Below are positions 9,497 to 19,717 of a DNA stretch of 64,000 bases, piece after piece. The translations under genes were made by a program, and so were the position numbers. The stretch lies in assembly GCA_013003075.1 (NCBI GenBank), contig JABDLJ010000012.1, forward strand, positions 1,956 through 65,955, in the 5' to 3' direction. This stretch comes from Paracoccaceae bacterium. Lineage in GTDB: Bacteria; Pseudomonadota; Alphaproteobacteria; Rhodobacterales; Rhodobacteraceae. The notes below the pieces were generated by a model. It was given only the letters and a program-made list of their open reading frames with translations. It did no database searches and was not told where the DNA came from. The first letter of the stretch is position 1, and each line of letters opens with the position of its first letter.

Positions 9497-10447
9497 TCAG
9501 GCCGGCTTCCAGTCGAAGAAACCGTCGCCCGCACGAGCCAGCAGCGTTGTGGCCAGCTCGCGGCCCAGCAGTTCGCCATCTTCGGCCGGTCCGGTGATAT
9601 CGTCCGACAGCGCTTCGGACCCATCGGTGCGCAAGATCTCGCCCTTCAGGTGCAGCATCTCGCCCTGAAGCGTCGCCAGCCCCGCGATCGGCGTCTCGCA
9701 CGATCCGTCCAGCTCTTTCAGGAACGAGCGCTCGGCGGTCAGCCGGGTGCCGGTCTCTTCGTCGTGGATCGCCTCCAGCATCTCGGCAGCGCGATCGTCA
9801 TCGGCGCGCCGCTCGATCCCGATGGCGCCCTGCGCAACGGCGGGCAGCATCTCGGTGGTCTCGATGGCCGAAGTCGCCACATGGCTCATCCCCAAACGGT
9901 TCAGACCCGCCATCGCCAGGAAGGTGCATGTCGCAACACCATCTTCCAGCTTCTTCAGCCGGGTCTGCACGTTGCCGCGAAACTCCACCACCTCCAGGTC
10001 TGGGCGGTGGTGAAGAAGCTGCGCCTTGCGCCGCAGGCTCGAGGTCCCGACGCGTGTGCCCTCCGGCAAAGCGCCCAGCCCCTCGTAGACGGGAGAGACG
10101 AACGCATCGCGCACATCCTCGCGCGGCAGATAGGTCTCAAGCAGCAGCCCCTCGGGCTGCAGGGTCGGCATGTCCTTCATCGAGTGCACGGCGATATCGA
10201 TCTTGCCGGCCAGCATGTCGTCCTCGATCTCGCGGGTGAACAGCCCCTTGCCACCGATCTCTTTCAGCGGCCGGTCGAGGATCGCGTCCCCCGTCGTCTT
10301 GATGACGACGATCTCGAAGGCCTCGTTCGGCAGATCGAACGCCTTCTCCAGCCGGTTGCGGGTCTCGTAGGCCTGCGCCAGCGCCAGCGGCGAGCCGCGG
10401 GTGCCGATACGGAACGGAGATGACGGGGACGGAAGATCAAGAGCCAT
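9497..10447 (-). CDS. hemC: Hydroxymethylbilane synthase (porphobilinogen deaminase)
   Basis: 316-aa ORF with RIGTRGSPLALAQA and typical HemC conservation throughout. Confidence 0.95.
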   Translation of the reverse strand: MALDLPSPSSPFRIGTRGSPLALAQAYETRNRLEKAFDLPNEAFEIVVIKTTGDAILDRPLKEIGGKGLFTREIEDDMLAGKIDIAVHSMKDMPTLQPEGLLLETYLPREDVRDAFVSPVYEGLGALPEGTRVGTSSLRRKAQLLHHRPDLEVVEFRGNVQTRLKKLEDGVATCTFLAMAGLNRLGMSHVATSAIETTEMLPAVAQGAIGIERRADDDRAAEMLEAIHDEETGTRLTAERSFLKELDGSCETPIAGLATLQGEMLHLKGEILRTDGSEALSDDITGPAEDGELLGRELATTLLARAGDGFFDWKPA

Positions 10448-10559
10448 GGCAGAAGTCTTAGCCGCGTGGCCGGGGCGTTACAACTGCAACCGGCTTGACA
10501 ATCCGGCTGCGGCACGGGACCCCTAACGCGATGGATTGGCAGGCAAAACGGGTGAACGG

Positions 10560-11582
10560 ATGAAGAAACTGATGCGATCGCTGGCCGGCGAGGTGCAAGC
10601 CGTTCCCCCGGTCTGGATGATGCGGCAGGCCGGCCGCTACCTGCCCGAGTATCGCGCCACCCGCGCACAGGCCGGGGATTTTCTGTCGCTCTGCTACAAC
10701 CCCGAGCTTGCCGCCGAGGTCACGCTGCAGCCGATCCGCCGCTATAGCTTTGATGCCGCTATCCTTTTTGCCGATATCCTGCTGATCCCGCAGGCGCTTG
10801 GCGCCGATCTGTGGTTCGTGACCGGCGAGGGGCCGCGGCTGTCCACGATCACCTCTCAGGCCGATTTCGACACGTTGAAGCGGGCAGGCGAAATCCACGA
10901 CCACCTTGCGCCGATCTACCAGACCGTCCGTATCCTGTCCGGCGAACTGCCTGCCGAGACCGCGCTGATCGGCTTTGCGGGCGCGCCCTGGACCGTGGCC
11001 ACCTACATGATCGCCGGGCGCGGCACGCCCGATCAGGGCCCTGCCCACGCGCTGAAGGACGAAAACCGCCCGGTGTTCGAGGCTCTGCTGAACCGGATCA
11101 CCGAAGCGACCATCGAGTACCTCGCCGCCCAGATCGACGCCGGCGCCGAGGTCGTCAAGATTTTCGACAGCTGGGCAGGCTCGCTGAAGGGCGACGATTT
11201 CACCAACTATGCGGTCAAGCCCGCCGCCACGATCATCTCGGCTTTGAAGGCGCGCTATCCCGAAACGCCGATCATTGCGTTCCCGCGTGAGGCCGGCGAT
11301 GGCTATATCGGATTTTCCAAGGCAACCGGCGCCGACTGCGTCGCGCTCGACAACTCGGTTTCGGCCGACTGGGCCGCGCGCCATGTCCAGATCGATGGCT
11401 GCGTGCAGGGCAACCTCGCGCCCGGACACATGGTCACCGGCGGCGCGGAACTCGTCACCGAGACCCGCCGCATCGTAAAAGCCTTCTCGGGCGGGCCGCA
11501 TATCTTCAACCTCGGACACGGCATCACACCCGACGCCGATCCAGACAACGTTCAGCGGATGATTGACGCCATTAGGGGCTAA
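10560..11582 (+). CDS. hemE: Uroporphyrinogen decarboxylase
   Basis: Contains [18 protein letters not shown]. The track ORF begins at 10536. I prefer ATG 10560 ([11 protein letters not shown]), which matches the usual HemE N-terminal length. Confidence 0.92.
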   Translation: MKKLMRSLAGEVQAVPPVWMMRQAGRYLPEYRATRAQAGDFLSLCYNPELAAEVTLQPIRRYSFDAAILFADILLIPQALGADLWFVTGEGPRLSTITSQADFDTLKRAGEIHDHLAPIYQTVRILSGELPAETALIGFAGAPWTVATYMIAGRGTPDQGPAHALKDENRPVFEALLNRITEATIEYLAAQIDAGAEVVKIFDSWAGSLKGDDFTNYAVKPAATIISALKARYPETPIIAFPREAGDGYIGFSKATGADCVALDNSVSADWAARHVQIDGCVQGNLAPGHMVTGGAELVTETRRIVKAFSGGPHIFNLGHGITPDADPDNVQRMIDAIRG

Positions 11583-11660
11583 TCCGTCACCAATCAGTCA
11601 TGTTTTGGCCCTGTTTTGCGGACAATCTGCGCGCGACTAGTCGGATTAGAGGCTGAAATC

Positions 11661-12728
11661 GTGAGCAGAACAGGCCGATTTATTGTATCGGGCGCCCTCG
11701 CGCTGGGGCTTGCCATGGCAGGCTCGGCCACCACGGCGCAGATGAATATGTTGGGTGGAGGCGGCAATTCGCCGGGCAAACACGCCGATTTTTACGGCTA
11801 CAAGGTCGACAGGGACGGCATCCTTGCCCCCGATGGCAGCGTCCTGCCGCTGTCGCAAGTCCTTCGCAAGCGCGGCGATCCCGTGCGCACCGAATACCCC
11901 GGATCACACCAGGTGATCGAACCTTCGGCAAGCTGCGCGCCGCAGCGCGGCCCGGCGGACGATGAGATCTTCACCCCGGTCCAGATCGGCGCCAGCGAGC
12001 ACCGGGCCGGCCTTGCGATGTATTCCGATGCGCAACTGGCCGGCCTGACGCTGAAATGGGTCGAAAGCCAGTCCAACCGCGCCCGCAAGCCGGACGCCGC
12101 ACCGCCCGGGAAGGGCACCTACATCCAGCAGGTGAATGTCTATCTGACCGACACGTCCGGCCCGCTTTACCTGGTGCTGCAAAGCACCACCACCGGCAAG
12201 CTATGGAACATCCAGGCGCTTCCGGGGGTCGAGATCGCGCATGTGGTCGTGATCGGTGCGGGCGCCATGGCGCTGCGGCCGGCCCCGGGCAGCTACCAGA
12301 CCGAGTTCATTCGCACGTCGACCAACTGCGCCGCACATCCCGGCCGCCAGCCGGCCGAGCATTGGGACATGTGGCAGCGCGCCGGCTCGCAGATCGAGGA
12401 CTACGAGGGCAAGGCCCGCGAACGCGCGGACGAATACGCCGCCTGGTTCACCGGGATCTTCGGCCGGTCACCCGAAGACGGCGTTTTCGGCGCCTGGGAC
12501 GCACCCCATATCCTGGTCGGCCCCGCACCGGCAAACAACGACGCGCGGATCGATTACGCCCCGGTCGATGGCGCTTCGGTGCTGGTGGCGGCCTTCGACC
12601 ACATCTTTTCGGGCACCCAAGCCGAGATCACCGCCGCGCAGTCGCAGGTACAGGGCGAGCTGGCCAAACTGGCGATTGGAGGGGATCTGTCGCTTTTGCG
12701 CCCCGAGCCGATGGAAAGGACGAACTGA
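11661..12728 (+). CDS. Hypothetical secreted protein (unknown family)
   Basis: The track ORF starts at TTG 11616. GTG 11661 has a GAGG RBS 8 nt upstream and gives a signal-peptide-like N-terminus (SRTGRFIVSGALALGLAMAGSATTAQ). GC3 is high along the whole ORF. I recognise no family. Confidence 0.7.
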   Translation: MSRTGRFIVSGALALGLAMAGSATTAQMNMLGGGGNSPGKHADFYGYKVDRDGILAPDGSVLPLSQVLRKRGDPVRTEYPGSHQVIEPSASCAPQRGPADDEIFTPVQIGASEHRAGLAMYSDAQLAGLTLKWVESQSNRARKPDAAPPGKGTYIQQVNVYLTDTSGPLYLVLQSTTTGKLWNIQALPGVEIAHVVVIGAGAMALRPAPGSYQTEFIRTSTNCAAHPGRQPAEHWDMWQRAGSQIEDYEGKARERADEYAAWFTGIFGRSPEDGVFGAWDAPHILVGPAPANNDARIDYAPVDGASVLVAAFDHIFSGTQAEITAAQSQVQGELAKLAIGGDLSLLRPEPMERTN

Positions 12729-13699
12729 TGTTGCGTCTTGTCGTCCCCATCGTCGGCGCGGTCGTGATCGGCGTGCCAGTCGTCTTGCTGAACCTCAGCG
12801 TTCTCGGCAAGCAAGCCGAGGTCGAAACGCTCATCACCGGCGAGACCGCGGTGCCGACCGTTCTGGCAGAAGTCGGTCAGGAGCTGAACAAGGCCATCCG
12901 CAACGTCTCTGAAGAGCAAAAGATAAAAGAGACCTTCAACAAGGAAGAGCATAACTTCTCGCGCCTCATCCTGATCGACCAGTGGTTCGACATCGCGGAC
13001 GTGCTGAAGGAGGGCGAGCCGGCTCCCGACGAAAGCCTGCATCTGCTTTATGCGACGGCCCGTGCGCCGCAACTTCTGATGCGCGAATGCCCCCTGATGC
13101 TGGAGACCCTGGCGCGCAGTTGCGTGACGGCAAATGCCGATGTCGCAGAGCTGTCGGATGGCGGCTTCGCCGTGTCGGGCGCGATGTCCTATATCCCGGC
13201 CGAAGACCTTGGCGAGATCAGCCTGAAAGGTCGCGTGACCAAGTACGAACAGGAACTTCGGATCCCCGAAAAGGGGGCCACCCGGATCGAACCTGCCGAT
13301 CTGGAGCAAGCCAAACGCGATGTCTACGAGAGCGCGCTGGCCGCATGCGACCGGATCCGGGAGAAGCATGGAAATTGCGTGATCGAGCGGATTTTCGTCA
13401 GTTACCGCTCGTTCAGCCCCACTGCTCCGGCGCAGTTCCATGCCCGGATCAAAATGGTCTGGGTAGGGCCCGAGGGGCTTGATCAGCGCTCTGCCAAGGT
13501 GGATCTTGCGGGCGTGACGCAGTTCGCCGCGGTCGCAAGCACTGGCGGCGGCATCCTGGGCGGCTTCTCGCTGTCGCAGATCTTCGGCGGCGACAAGTCC
13601 GAAAAGAAAAAGGGCCCGGTCATCCTGCGCGGCGGCGGCGCCTACAAGAACAAGTCCGGGCGGTCCGGTGGCCGCTGGCTGACCCCGCGCAAGCGCTAG
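12728..13699 (+). CDS. Hypothetical membrane-anchored protein with a Gly/Lys/Arg-rich C-terminal tail (unknown family)
   Basis: Internal ATG 12728 of track ORF 12056..13699 overlaps the upstream stop (TGATG). The N-terminus MLRLVVPIVGAVVIGVPVVLLNL is a TM helix. The part of the track ORF upstream of 12728 is an Arg/Pro-rich out-of-frame read of the preceding gene. Confidence 0.7.
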   Translation: MLRLVVPIVGAVVIGVPVVLLNLSVLGKQAEVETLITGETAVPTVLAEVGQELNKAIRNVSEEQKIKETFNKEEHNFSRLILIDQWFDIADVLKEGEPAPDESLHLLYATARAPQLLMRECPLMLETLARSCVTANADVAELSDGGFAVSGAMSYIPAEDLGEISLKGRVTKYEQELRIPEKGATRIEPADLEQAKRDVYESALAACDRIREKHGNCVIERIFVSYRSFSPTAPAQFHARIKMVWVGPEGLDQRSAKVDLAGVTQFAAVASTGGGILGGFSLSQIFGGDKSEKKKGPVILRGGGAYKNKSGRSGGRWLTPRKR

Positions 13700-13702
13700 G
13701 CC

Positions 13703-14593
13703 TCAAACCCACTTGGCAAGCGGCGGCAGGCTCATCAGAACCGCGTTCGCGTCGTGCCCGGTCTCCAGCCCGAACTTGGTGCCCCGGTCGTAGACCAGGT
13801 TGTATTCGGCATACAGCCCGCGGTGGACCAGTTGGATGTCCTTGTCGGCCTCGGAGAAGGGAGCCGCGCGGCGCCTGTCCACCAGCGGCACGAACGCCGG
13901 CAGGAACGCCCGGCCCACATCTTGCGTGAAGGCGAAATCGGCCTCCCAGTCGCCGGTGTTGTGATCGTCATAGAAGATGCCACCCACGCCCCGCGCCCGG
14001 CCCCGGTGCGGGATGAAGAAATACTCGTCCGCCCAGGCCTTGTAGCGGTCGTAAAGGTCGTCCCCGTGCGGCGCGCAATGCGCCTTTTGGGTGGCGTGGA
14101 AATGCGCCGTGTCCTCGGGGTACTCGATACACGGGTTCAGATCCGAGCCGCCCCCGAACCACCAGGCGTTCGGGGTCCAGAACATCCGCGTGTTCATATG
14201 CACCGCCGGGGCGTGCGGGTTCTGCATGTGGGCCACCAGGCTGATCCCCGAGGCCCAGAACCGCGGATCCCTTTCCATTCCCGGCACGCCGCGCGCCGCC
14301 ATCGCCTTCTGGGCCCGCTCGCCCAGCGCGCCGAAGACGGTCGAGACGTTGACCCCGACCTTCTCGAACACCCGCCCGCCGCGCATCACGCTCATAAGCC
14401 CGCCGCCGGCATCGCTGCCATCGTCCGAGGCGCGCCTGGTCTCGCTGACCTCGAAGCGGCCCGCTGGCAGATCGGCGAATGGTCCGCTGGCATGGCTGTC
14501 CTCGAGCCCCTCGAAGGCCGCCACGATCTCGTCACGCAGCTGCCGGAACCATGCAGAGGCGCGCGCCTTGCGGTCTGTGAAATCATCGCTCAT
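13703..14593 (-). CDS. hemF: Oxygen-dependent coproporphyrinogen III oxidase
   Basis: HemF-type conservation (WWFGGGSDLNP, GVGGIFYDD). I place the start at ATG 14593 (MSDDFTDRKARASAWFRQLRDEI). The track extension to 14815 is Arg-rich with no homology-like sequence. Confidence 0.92.
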   Translation of the reverse strand: MSDDFTDRKARASAWFRQLRDEIVAAFEGLEDSHASGPFADLPAGRFEVSETRRASDDGSDAGGGLMSVMRGGRVFEKVGVNVSTVFGALGERAQKAMAARGVPGMERDPRFWASGISLVAHMQNPHAPAVHMNTRMFWTPNAWWFGGGSDLNPCIEYPEDTAHFHATQKAHCAPHGDDLYDRYKAWADEYFFIPHRGRARGVGGIFYDDHNTGDWEADFAFTQDVGRAFLPAFVPLVDRRRAAPFSEADKDIQLVHRGLYAEYNLVYDRGTKFGLETGHDANAVLMSLPPLAKWV

Positions 14594-14729
14594 CGGGTTG
14601 GTCCTTGTATCTCTGCCCCATGTGCTAGCAGGGAAACCCGGCACCTTCCAGCCGGCGCCGAGTAGGTTTTGCACAGCGCGCGTTTCGCGGTAGGATGGCC
14701 GAGCCTGTTCACAAAGGATCGTCCAAGCC

Positions 14730-15110
14730 GTGGTACTTCGAAGCCTTCTTATTCTCGCCCTCGCCACCCTGACCGCCTGCGGCACACCGCAGGATCGCTG
14801 CCGCGCCAAGGCCACGCGCGATCTGCGCGTCGTGGTTGATCTGATCGAGGATCTGCAAGTCGATATCGACCGCGGCTACCGGCTGGAAGAGCGCACCAAC
14901 CCGACCATCGGCATCGCACTGTGCAGCGGCAACAACGATAACTCGCTCTTCTGTTTCGGCAACCGCACGAGCACCCGGAAGGTGCCGGTCGCCATCGACA
15001 TCCCGGCCGAGCGGGAAAAGCTTGCCGCGCTGGAAATCAAACGCCGTGAACTGGCCGCCCGCGCACAGCGCGAACTGGCCGCCTGCGAGGCGCAGTTTCC
15101 CGAAAGCTGA
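14730..15110 (+). CDS. Hypothetical lipoprotein
   Basis: 126-aa ORF (GTG start) with signal peptide and lipobox LLILALATLTAC|G. Confidence 0.65.
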   Translation: MVLRSLLILALATLTACGTPQDRCRAKATRDLRVVVDLIEDLQVDIDRGYRLEERTNPTIGIALCSGNNDNSLFCFGNRTSTRKVPVAIDIPAEREKLAALEIKRRELAARAQRELAACEAQFPES

Positions 15111-15117
15111 TCTGGCG

Positions 15118-15927
15118 CTAATGCGCCGGGGCCGTCACCGCGTCGACCAGCGTGCGACCGCCATCGACGGTCAGAATCTGCCCGGTCATGAAACCCGATC
15201 CATCCGAGGCAAGAAACTGCGCGACCTCCGCCAGCTCATTGGCGCTGGCGATCCGTGACAGGGGCGTATGGCCGATGATGGTGTCGCGGAAATCCTCGTG
15301 CTCTTTCAGCGCGCCCTGCAGCGACGCGCTCATCACGCTGCCGAAGGCCACCGCATTCACCCGGATCCGGTGCGGCGCCAGCGCCACCGCCATCGACCGG
15401 GTCAGCTGATCCAGCGCCGCGGAGCTGACCGAATAGGCCAGAAGCTCGGGCTGCGTCCGGCGGGCCGCGATCGAAGACAGGTTGATGATGGATCCGACAG
15501 GGCCGGCGTCCTGCCCATCGTCGTCGGACTGCTTGATCATCCGCTTGGCAAAGACTTGAGTCAGCCGCAGCGAGGTAATGAGATTCTGGTTGAGCAGCAT
15601 GGTGACCGCGTCGTCATCCATGCTTAGCGGGTCGGCCACAATCATCTGCCGGCTGCCATTCACCAGAATATCGACCCGGTCGAACGCATCGATCGTGGCC
15701 GAAAGAAGGTTGGTGATCGTCAACCTCTCGCGCAGATCGCCGGCGAAATGGCGGACATTGCTGTCTTCGTCATCCACCTTGCCCAGCTCGGCAATCAGCT
15801 TCTTCTCGTCCATATCGGCAAAGACGACATTGGCGCCGCGGTCCACGAAATGGCGGGCGATCGCCAGCCCGACCCCGTTTGCGGCGCCCGTGACGACAGC
15901 GGTTTTTCCGGCAATTGAGAACGACAT
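15118..15927 (-). CDS. SDR family oxidoreductase
   Basis: 269-aa ORF with TGAANGVGLAIA (a TGxxxGxG motif) and classical short-chain dehydrogenase length. Confidence 0.88.
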   Translation of the reverse strand: MSFSIAGKTAVVTGAANGVGLAIARHFVDRGANVVFADMDEKKLIAELGKVDDEDSNVRHFAGDLRERLTITNLLSATIDAFDRVDILVNGSRQMIVADPLSMDDDAVTMLLNQNLITSLRLTQVFAKRMIKQSDDDGQDAGPVGSIINLSSIAARRTQPELLAYSVSSAALDQLTRSMAVALAPHRIRVNAVAFGSVMSASLQGALKEHEDFRDTIIGHTPLSRIASANELAEVAQFLASDGSGFMTGQILTVDGGRTLVDAVTAPAH

Positions 15928-15938
15928 GATCGCGCCTC

Positions 15939-16919
15939 CTATCTGCGCAGCTTTCGCGGCCGCTTGGCGTGGATGATCTTGAAACCCGGGTCGCGACCGA
16001 TCTCGGTGACCTCTGCAAAGGCATCGGCCAGCGTCTTTTCGTAAGGCAGATGCCGGTTCGCCACAAGCCAGAGACCGCCGGAGGGTTTCAAGAGCCTCCG
16101 GGCGGTTTCGATGAATGCCGCACCCAGCAAAGGATCGCCCGCGCGGCTGGTGTGAAAGGGCGGGTTACTGACCACCGCATCATAGGGCCCGCCCGTAAAC
16201 GCCGCCGCATCGGCCCAGTGAAAGCTGGCGCGCGGATCGCTGATATTGGCGCGCGCGCACGCCAGGGCGGCGTGATTGGCCTCGACCAGATCGATGGCAG
16301 TCACCGTCTCGCGGCGCAGGATCTCGGCGGCCAGATAGCCCCAGCCCGCGCCCAGATCGACCACGGTGCCCGCCAGGGCCTTTGGCAGCGCTTCCGCCAG
16401 CAGGACAGAGCCGCGATCCGGCCCGTCAGCCGAAAAGACGCCCGGCGCGGTAACAAAGCCACCTGCCACGGGCCCCGGCCCGGCCGCCCAGTCCGAAAAA
16501 TCGCCGCCCGTCACGGTGAAAAGCTTGCCATGCGCCTTGGTCACCACCTGGCCGACCTCGCCGCGCCGCCGGGCGTCTTTCAAAAGGCTCTCGATGCCGT
16601 CCGTCTTCTGCCCATCGATCACCAGGGGGCCCGTGGTTGCCGCGCTGGCCGCCGCGATGGCCGCGCGCGCCTCGGCTTTGGCGCGGGGCAGAAAGATCAC
16701 CGCCATCGCGTAGGGGCCCTTCGGCTCTGGCGCGACGTCCCAACCCCCCTGCGCAAGTGCATCATGGTCGGGCCGAAACCCCTGCACGATATGCACGCGC
16801 GATTGCGGCAACGCCGTCAGGTCGGTTTCTGCCCGCGCGCCGAACACGCCGATCCGGCCGCCTTCAGGGCAGACCACGGCGCCGCTCTTCAGAGCAAGGG
16901 ACAAACGGGAGGAGGTCAT
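15939..16919 (-). CDS. Class I SAM-dependent methyltransferase, RsmC/RlmG-like (rRNA m2G methyltransferase family)
   Basis: 326-aa ORF with SAM motif VVDLGAGWGYL and the N-methyltransferase motif NPPFH. Confidence 0.8.
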   Translation of the reverse strand: MTSSRLSLALKSGAVVCPEGGRIGVFGARAETDLTALPQSRVHIVQGFRPDHDALAQGGWDVAPEPKGPYAMAVIFLPRAKAEARAAIAAASAATTGPLVIDGQKTDGIESLLKDARRRGEVGQVVTKAHGKLFTVTGGDFSDWAAGPGPVAGGFVTAPGVFSADGPDRGSVLLAEALPKALAGTVVDLGAGWGYLAAEILRRETVTAIDLVEANHAALACARANISDPRASFHWADAAAFTGGPYDAVVSNPPFHTSRAGDPLLGAAFIETARRLLKPSGGLWLVANRHLPYEKTLADAFAEVTEIGRDPGFKIIHAKRPRKLRR

Positions 16920-16940
16920 GGTGTGAAAGGGCGCGCGGCC

Positions 16941-17294
16941 CTATTCCTTTTCCATCGTGCATTGCAGCGGATGCTGGTGCCGGCGGGCGAAATCCATCAC
17001 CTGCGTGACCTTGGTCTCGGCGATCTCGTGGCTGAAGACGCCGACCACCGCGACACCCTTCTTGTGCACCGTCAACATAAGCTCGAACGACTGCGCATGG
17101 GTCATGCCGAAGAACCGCTCCAGCACGTGCACCACGAACTCCATCGGCGTGAAGTCGTCATTCAGGATAAGCACCTTGTACAGCGGCGGGCGCTGCGTCT
17201 TGGTCTTGTTCTCAAGCAGCAGGCCGGTATCGGCGTCGCCGCCGCCACCGGGAGCATCCTTGTCGGACAGGGTATGTTGGAATCTATGCAGCAC
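16941..17294 (-). CDS. clpS: ATP-dependent Clp protease adaptor ClpS
   Basis: Contains [27 protein letters not shown]. The start codon is uncertain: GTG at 17294 is the first available, with no in-frame ATG before the conserved core. Confidence 0.88.
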   Translation of the reverse strand: MLHRFQHTLSDKDAPGGGGDADTGLLLENKTKTQRPPLYKVLILNDDFTPMEFVVHVLERFFGMTHAQSFELMLTVHKKGVAVVGVFSHEIAETKVTQVMDFARRHQHPLQCTMEKE

Positions 17295-17380
17295 TCAGGT
17301 ACGTGTTTTGCCTTGGCGTCTGGAGTTGTCAATATAAGCGCAATGCTCCCTTAGAAAAGGGTAAACGCGCGGAAACTTGT

Positions 17381-18088
17381 ATGGTAACGGGAATGCTTAC
17401 AACAATAGGCTTCGATGCCGACGATACCCTGTGGCAGAATGAACAGTTCTTCCGCCTGACACAGGACAGGTTTGCTGACCTGTTATCGGCCTACACCGAC
17501 GCCGAGACCCTGCACGCCAGCCTGCTGGAGGCCGAGCGGCGCAACCTCGGGCACTATGGCTTCGGCATCAAGGGCTTCATGTTGTCGATGATCGAGACGG
17601 CGATCGAAGTCACCGAAGGTACGGTTCCCGGCCATGTCATCGCAGAGCTGATCGCCGCCGGCCAGGACATGCTGCAACATCCCATAGAACTGCTGCCACA
17701 CGCCGCCGAGGTCGTTGCCGCCTGCGCACGGGACTACACCGTGCTTTTGATCACCAAGGGCGATCTGCTGGACCAAGAGCGCAAGCTGGCGCAATCGGGC
17801 CTGGGAGATCTCTTTGACGGGGTCGAGATCGTCTCGCACAAGACGCCTGAAAGCTATGCCGCGATATTTAAGCGCCGCGCGGTGACGCCCAAGACCGCGA
17901 TGATGGTCGGCAACTCGTTGCGCTCGGACGTGATCCCGCCGCTGAAGATCGGTGCCTACGGCGTGTTCGTGCCGCATGATCTGACCTGGGCGCTGGAGCA
18001 TGAAGAGCCACCCGATGGCCACGCCCGATATCGCCGGATCGGCGATCTTGGTGAATTGCCGGGACTGATAGCCGACCTCAGCATTTAG
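17381..18088 (+). CDS. HAD family hydrolase
   Basis: DxD motif in IGFDADDTLW. I place the start at ATG 17381 (or 17393) rather than the track start 17303. Confidence 0.8.
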   Translation: MVTGMLTTIGFDADDTLWQNEQFFRLTQDRFADLLSAYTDAETLHASLLEAERRNLGHYGFGIKGFMLSMIETAIEVTEGTVPGHVIAELIAAGQDMLQHPIELLPHAAEVVAACARDYTVLLITKGDLLDQERKLAQSGLGDLFDGVEIVSHKTPESYAAIFKRRAVTPKTAMMVGNSLRSDVIPPLKIGAYGVFVPHDLTWALEHEEPPDGHARYRRIGDLGELPGLIADLSI

Positions 18089-18268
18089 CCGATCTAGTAG
18101 ATTTGCGATCCAAGGCCACAACATCTAGCGCAGGCGAACCGCTGCCCACGCGCAAACACTTTGAATTTAAGGTATTTTATGAGATTCCAAGCTGTGCTAC
18201 TTTACCAATAATTACGACGGACCGGGCTAAAAAGACCTGGCCGCGAGAGGCAGATAAAGGCGAGCAGC

Positions 18269-19702
18269 GTGACACGACGTCCGGGACAGTCGGTCCGGTT
18301 AGGGCTATTTTTCTCTATGTTTTTCACATGCGTGTGGCTACCGCTTACCGCGATGGCCGCGCCGTATGCCGCGATGGTGATGGACGCGCGCTCGGGCGAA
18401 GTCCTGCATTCGCGCAACGCCGATACCCGTCTCCACCCGGCATCGCTGACCAAGATGATGACGCTTTACATCGCGTTCGAGGCGGTCGAGCGGGGCGAGA
18501 TTTCGATGGACACGATGGTCACGATCTCCAAGCGCGCCGCCAGCGAGCCGCCCTCCAAGCTTGGCCTGAAATCCGGCCAGCGGATCAAGCTGCGCCACCT
18601 GGTGCGCGCCGCGGCGGTCAAATCGGCCAACGACGCAGCCACCGCCATCGCCGAAGCCATCGAGGGCTCTGAGGCCGCTTTTGCCCGGCGCATGAACCGG
18701 ACCGCCAAGGCGCTTGGGATGACCCGCACGACCTTCAAGAACGCGCATGGCCTGACCGAGAAAGGCCATTTGTCTACTGCGCGCGACATGACGCTTCTGG
18801 GCCGGCACCTGTTTTTTGACTATCCAGACTACTACAACCTCTTTTCCCGCAAGACGACGGACGCGGGCATCAAGGACGTCGCCAATACCAACCGCCGTCT
18901 TCTGGGCAGCTATCGCGGCGCCGACGGCATCAAGACCGGCTATACCCGTGCGGCAGGCTTCAACCTTGTCGCCTCGGCCCGCCGCGGGCAGGAGCGTATC
19001 ATCGCCACGGTTTTCGGCGGCCGCTCGTCGGCCACGCGCAACGCCAAGGTGGCAGAGCTTCTGGACATGGGCTTCAAGCGCGCCCCGACACGTGTTGCCG
19101 TGCGCAAGCCCAGCCGTCCGGTCTACGCCCCCGATCCAGGCAGCGCCGGCAAGACGATCCGCATCGTCCGCGCTGTCGAAAAAAGCCTGCGCCCCGCGCC
19201 GCGCCCCGGCAGCGCCGGCGACACGCCTGATGATGACGTGCTGGTGGCGATGCAGGCCGGCATCCAGGAGACGCTGGCGCTTATCGACCTCGACGCCCCG
19301 GTCAAAGCGCCGCTGATCGCGCTCAATGCACCTGGCGCGCCGCTGATCTCACCGCTGAAACCGCGCCCCCGCCCGGCCGAAATCGTAGTGGCCGCGCGGG
19401 CGCCGGCCCCCACGCCCACCTCGGACACCGGGCTGGAGATCGTCACCCGGATGTCGACGTCGGGCGGCCATCACTGGGCAATCACGGTGGGAGAGTATCG
19501 CTCGCGCCACGAAGCCGAGAAAATGCTGTTGCAGACCGCCCTTCTGGAGTTGGAAACCCTTGACGAGGCGCTGCGCAAGGTGGTCGAGCGGCGCACCGGC
19601 TTTCAAGCCAATTTCGTGGGGCTCTCCGAAGGCGACGCCGACCTGGCCTGCCGCCGGCTTGTGGCGCGCGGTGTCGAATGCGCCCCGCTGGGGCCCGGCT
19701 GA
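18269..19702 (+). CDS. D-alanyl-D-alanine carboxypeptidase (PBP5/6 class) with a C-terminal SPOR-like domain
   Basis: GTG start and a signal peptide. Motifs are SLTK (SxxK), SAN (SxN) and KTG. A Pro/Ala-rich linker precedes a SPOR-like end (HWAITVGEYRSRHEAEKML). Confidence 0.88.
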   Translation: MTRRPGQSVRLGLFFSMFFTCVWLPLTAMAAPYAAMVMDARSGEVLHSRNADTRLHPASLTKMMTLYIAFEAVERGEISMDTMVTISKRAASEPPSKLGLKSGQRIKLRHLVRAAAVKSANDAATAIAEAIEGSEAAFARRMNRTAKALGMTRTTFKNAHGLTEKGHLSTARDMTLLGRHLFFDYPDYYNLFSRKTTDAGIKDVANTNRRLLGSYRGADGIKTGYTRAAGFNLVASARRGQERIIATVFGGRSSATRNAKVAELLDMGFKRAPTRVAVRKPSRPVYAPDPGSAGKTIRIVRAVEKSLRPAPRPGSAGDTPDDDVLVAMQAGIQETLALIDLDAPVKAPLIALNAPGAPLISPLKPRPRPAEIVVAARAPAPTPTSDTGLEIVTRMSTSGGHHWAITVGEYRSRHEAEKMLLQTALLELETLDEALRKVVERRTGFQANFVGLSEGDADLACRRLVARGVECAPLGPG

Positions 19703-19717
19703 CGGGCCTCCGCCGGT

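Noticed and set aside
12056-12727. N-terminal extension of the 12728..13699 gene (track ORF 547 aa)
   Set aside because: The Arg/Pro-rich read is out of frame over the upstream gene. ATG 12728 overlaps the upstream stop and begins with a TM helix.
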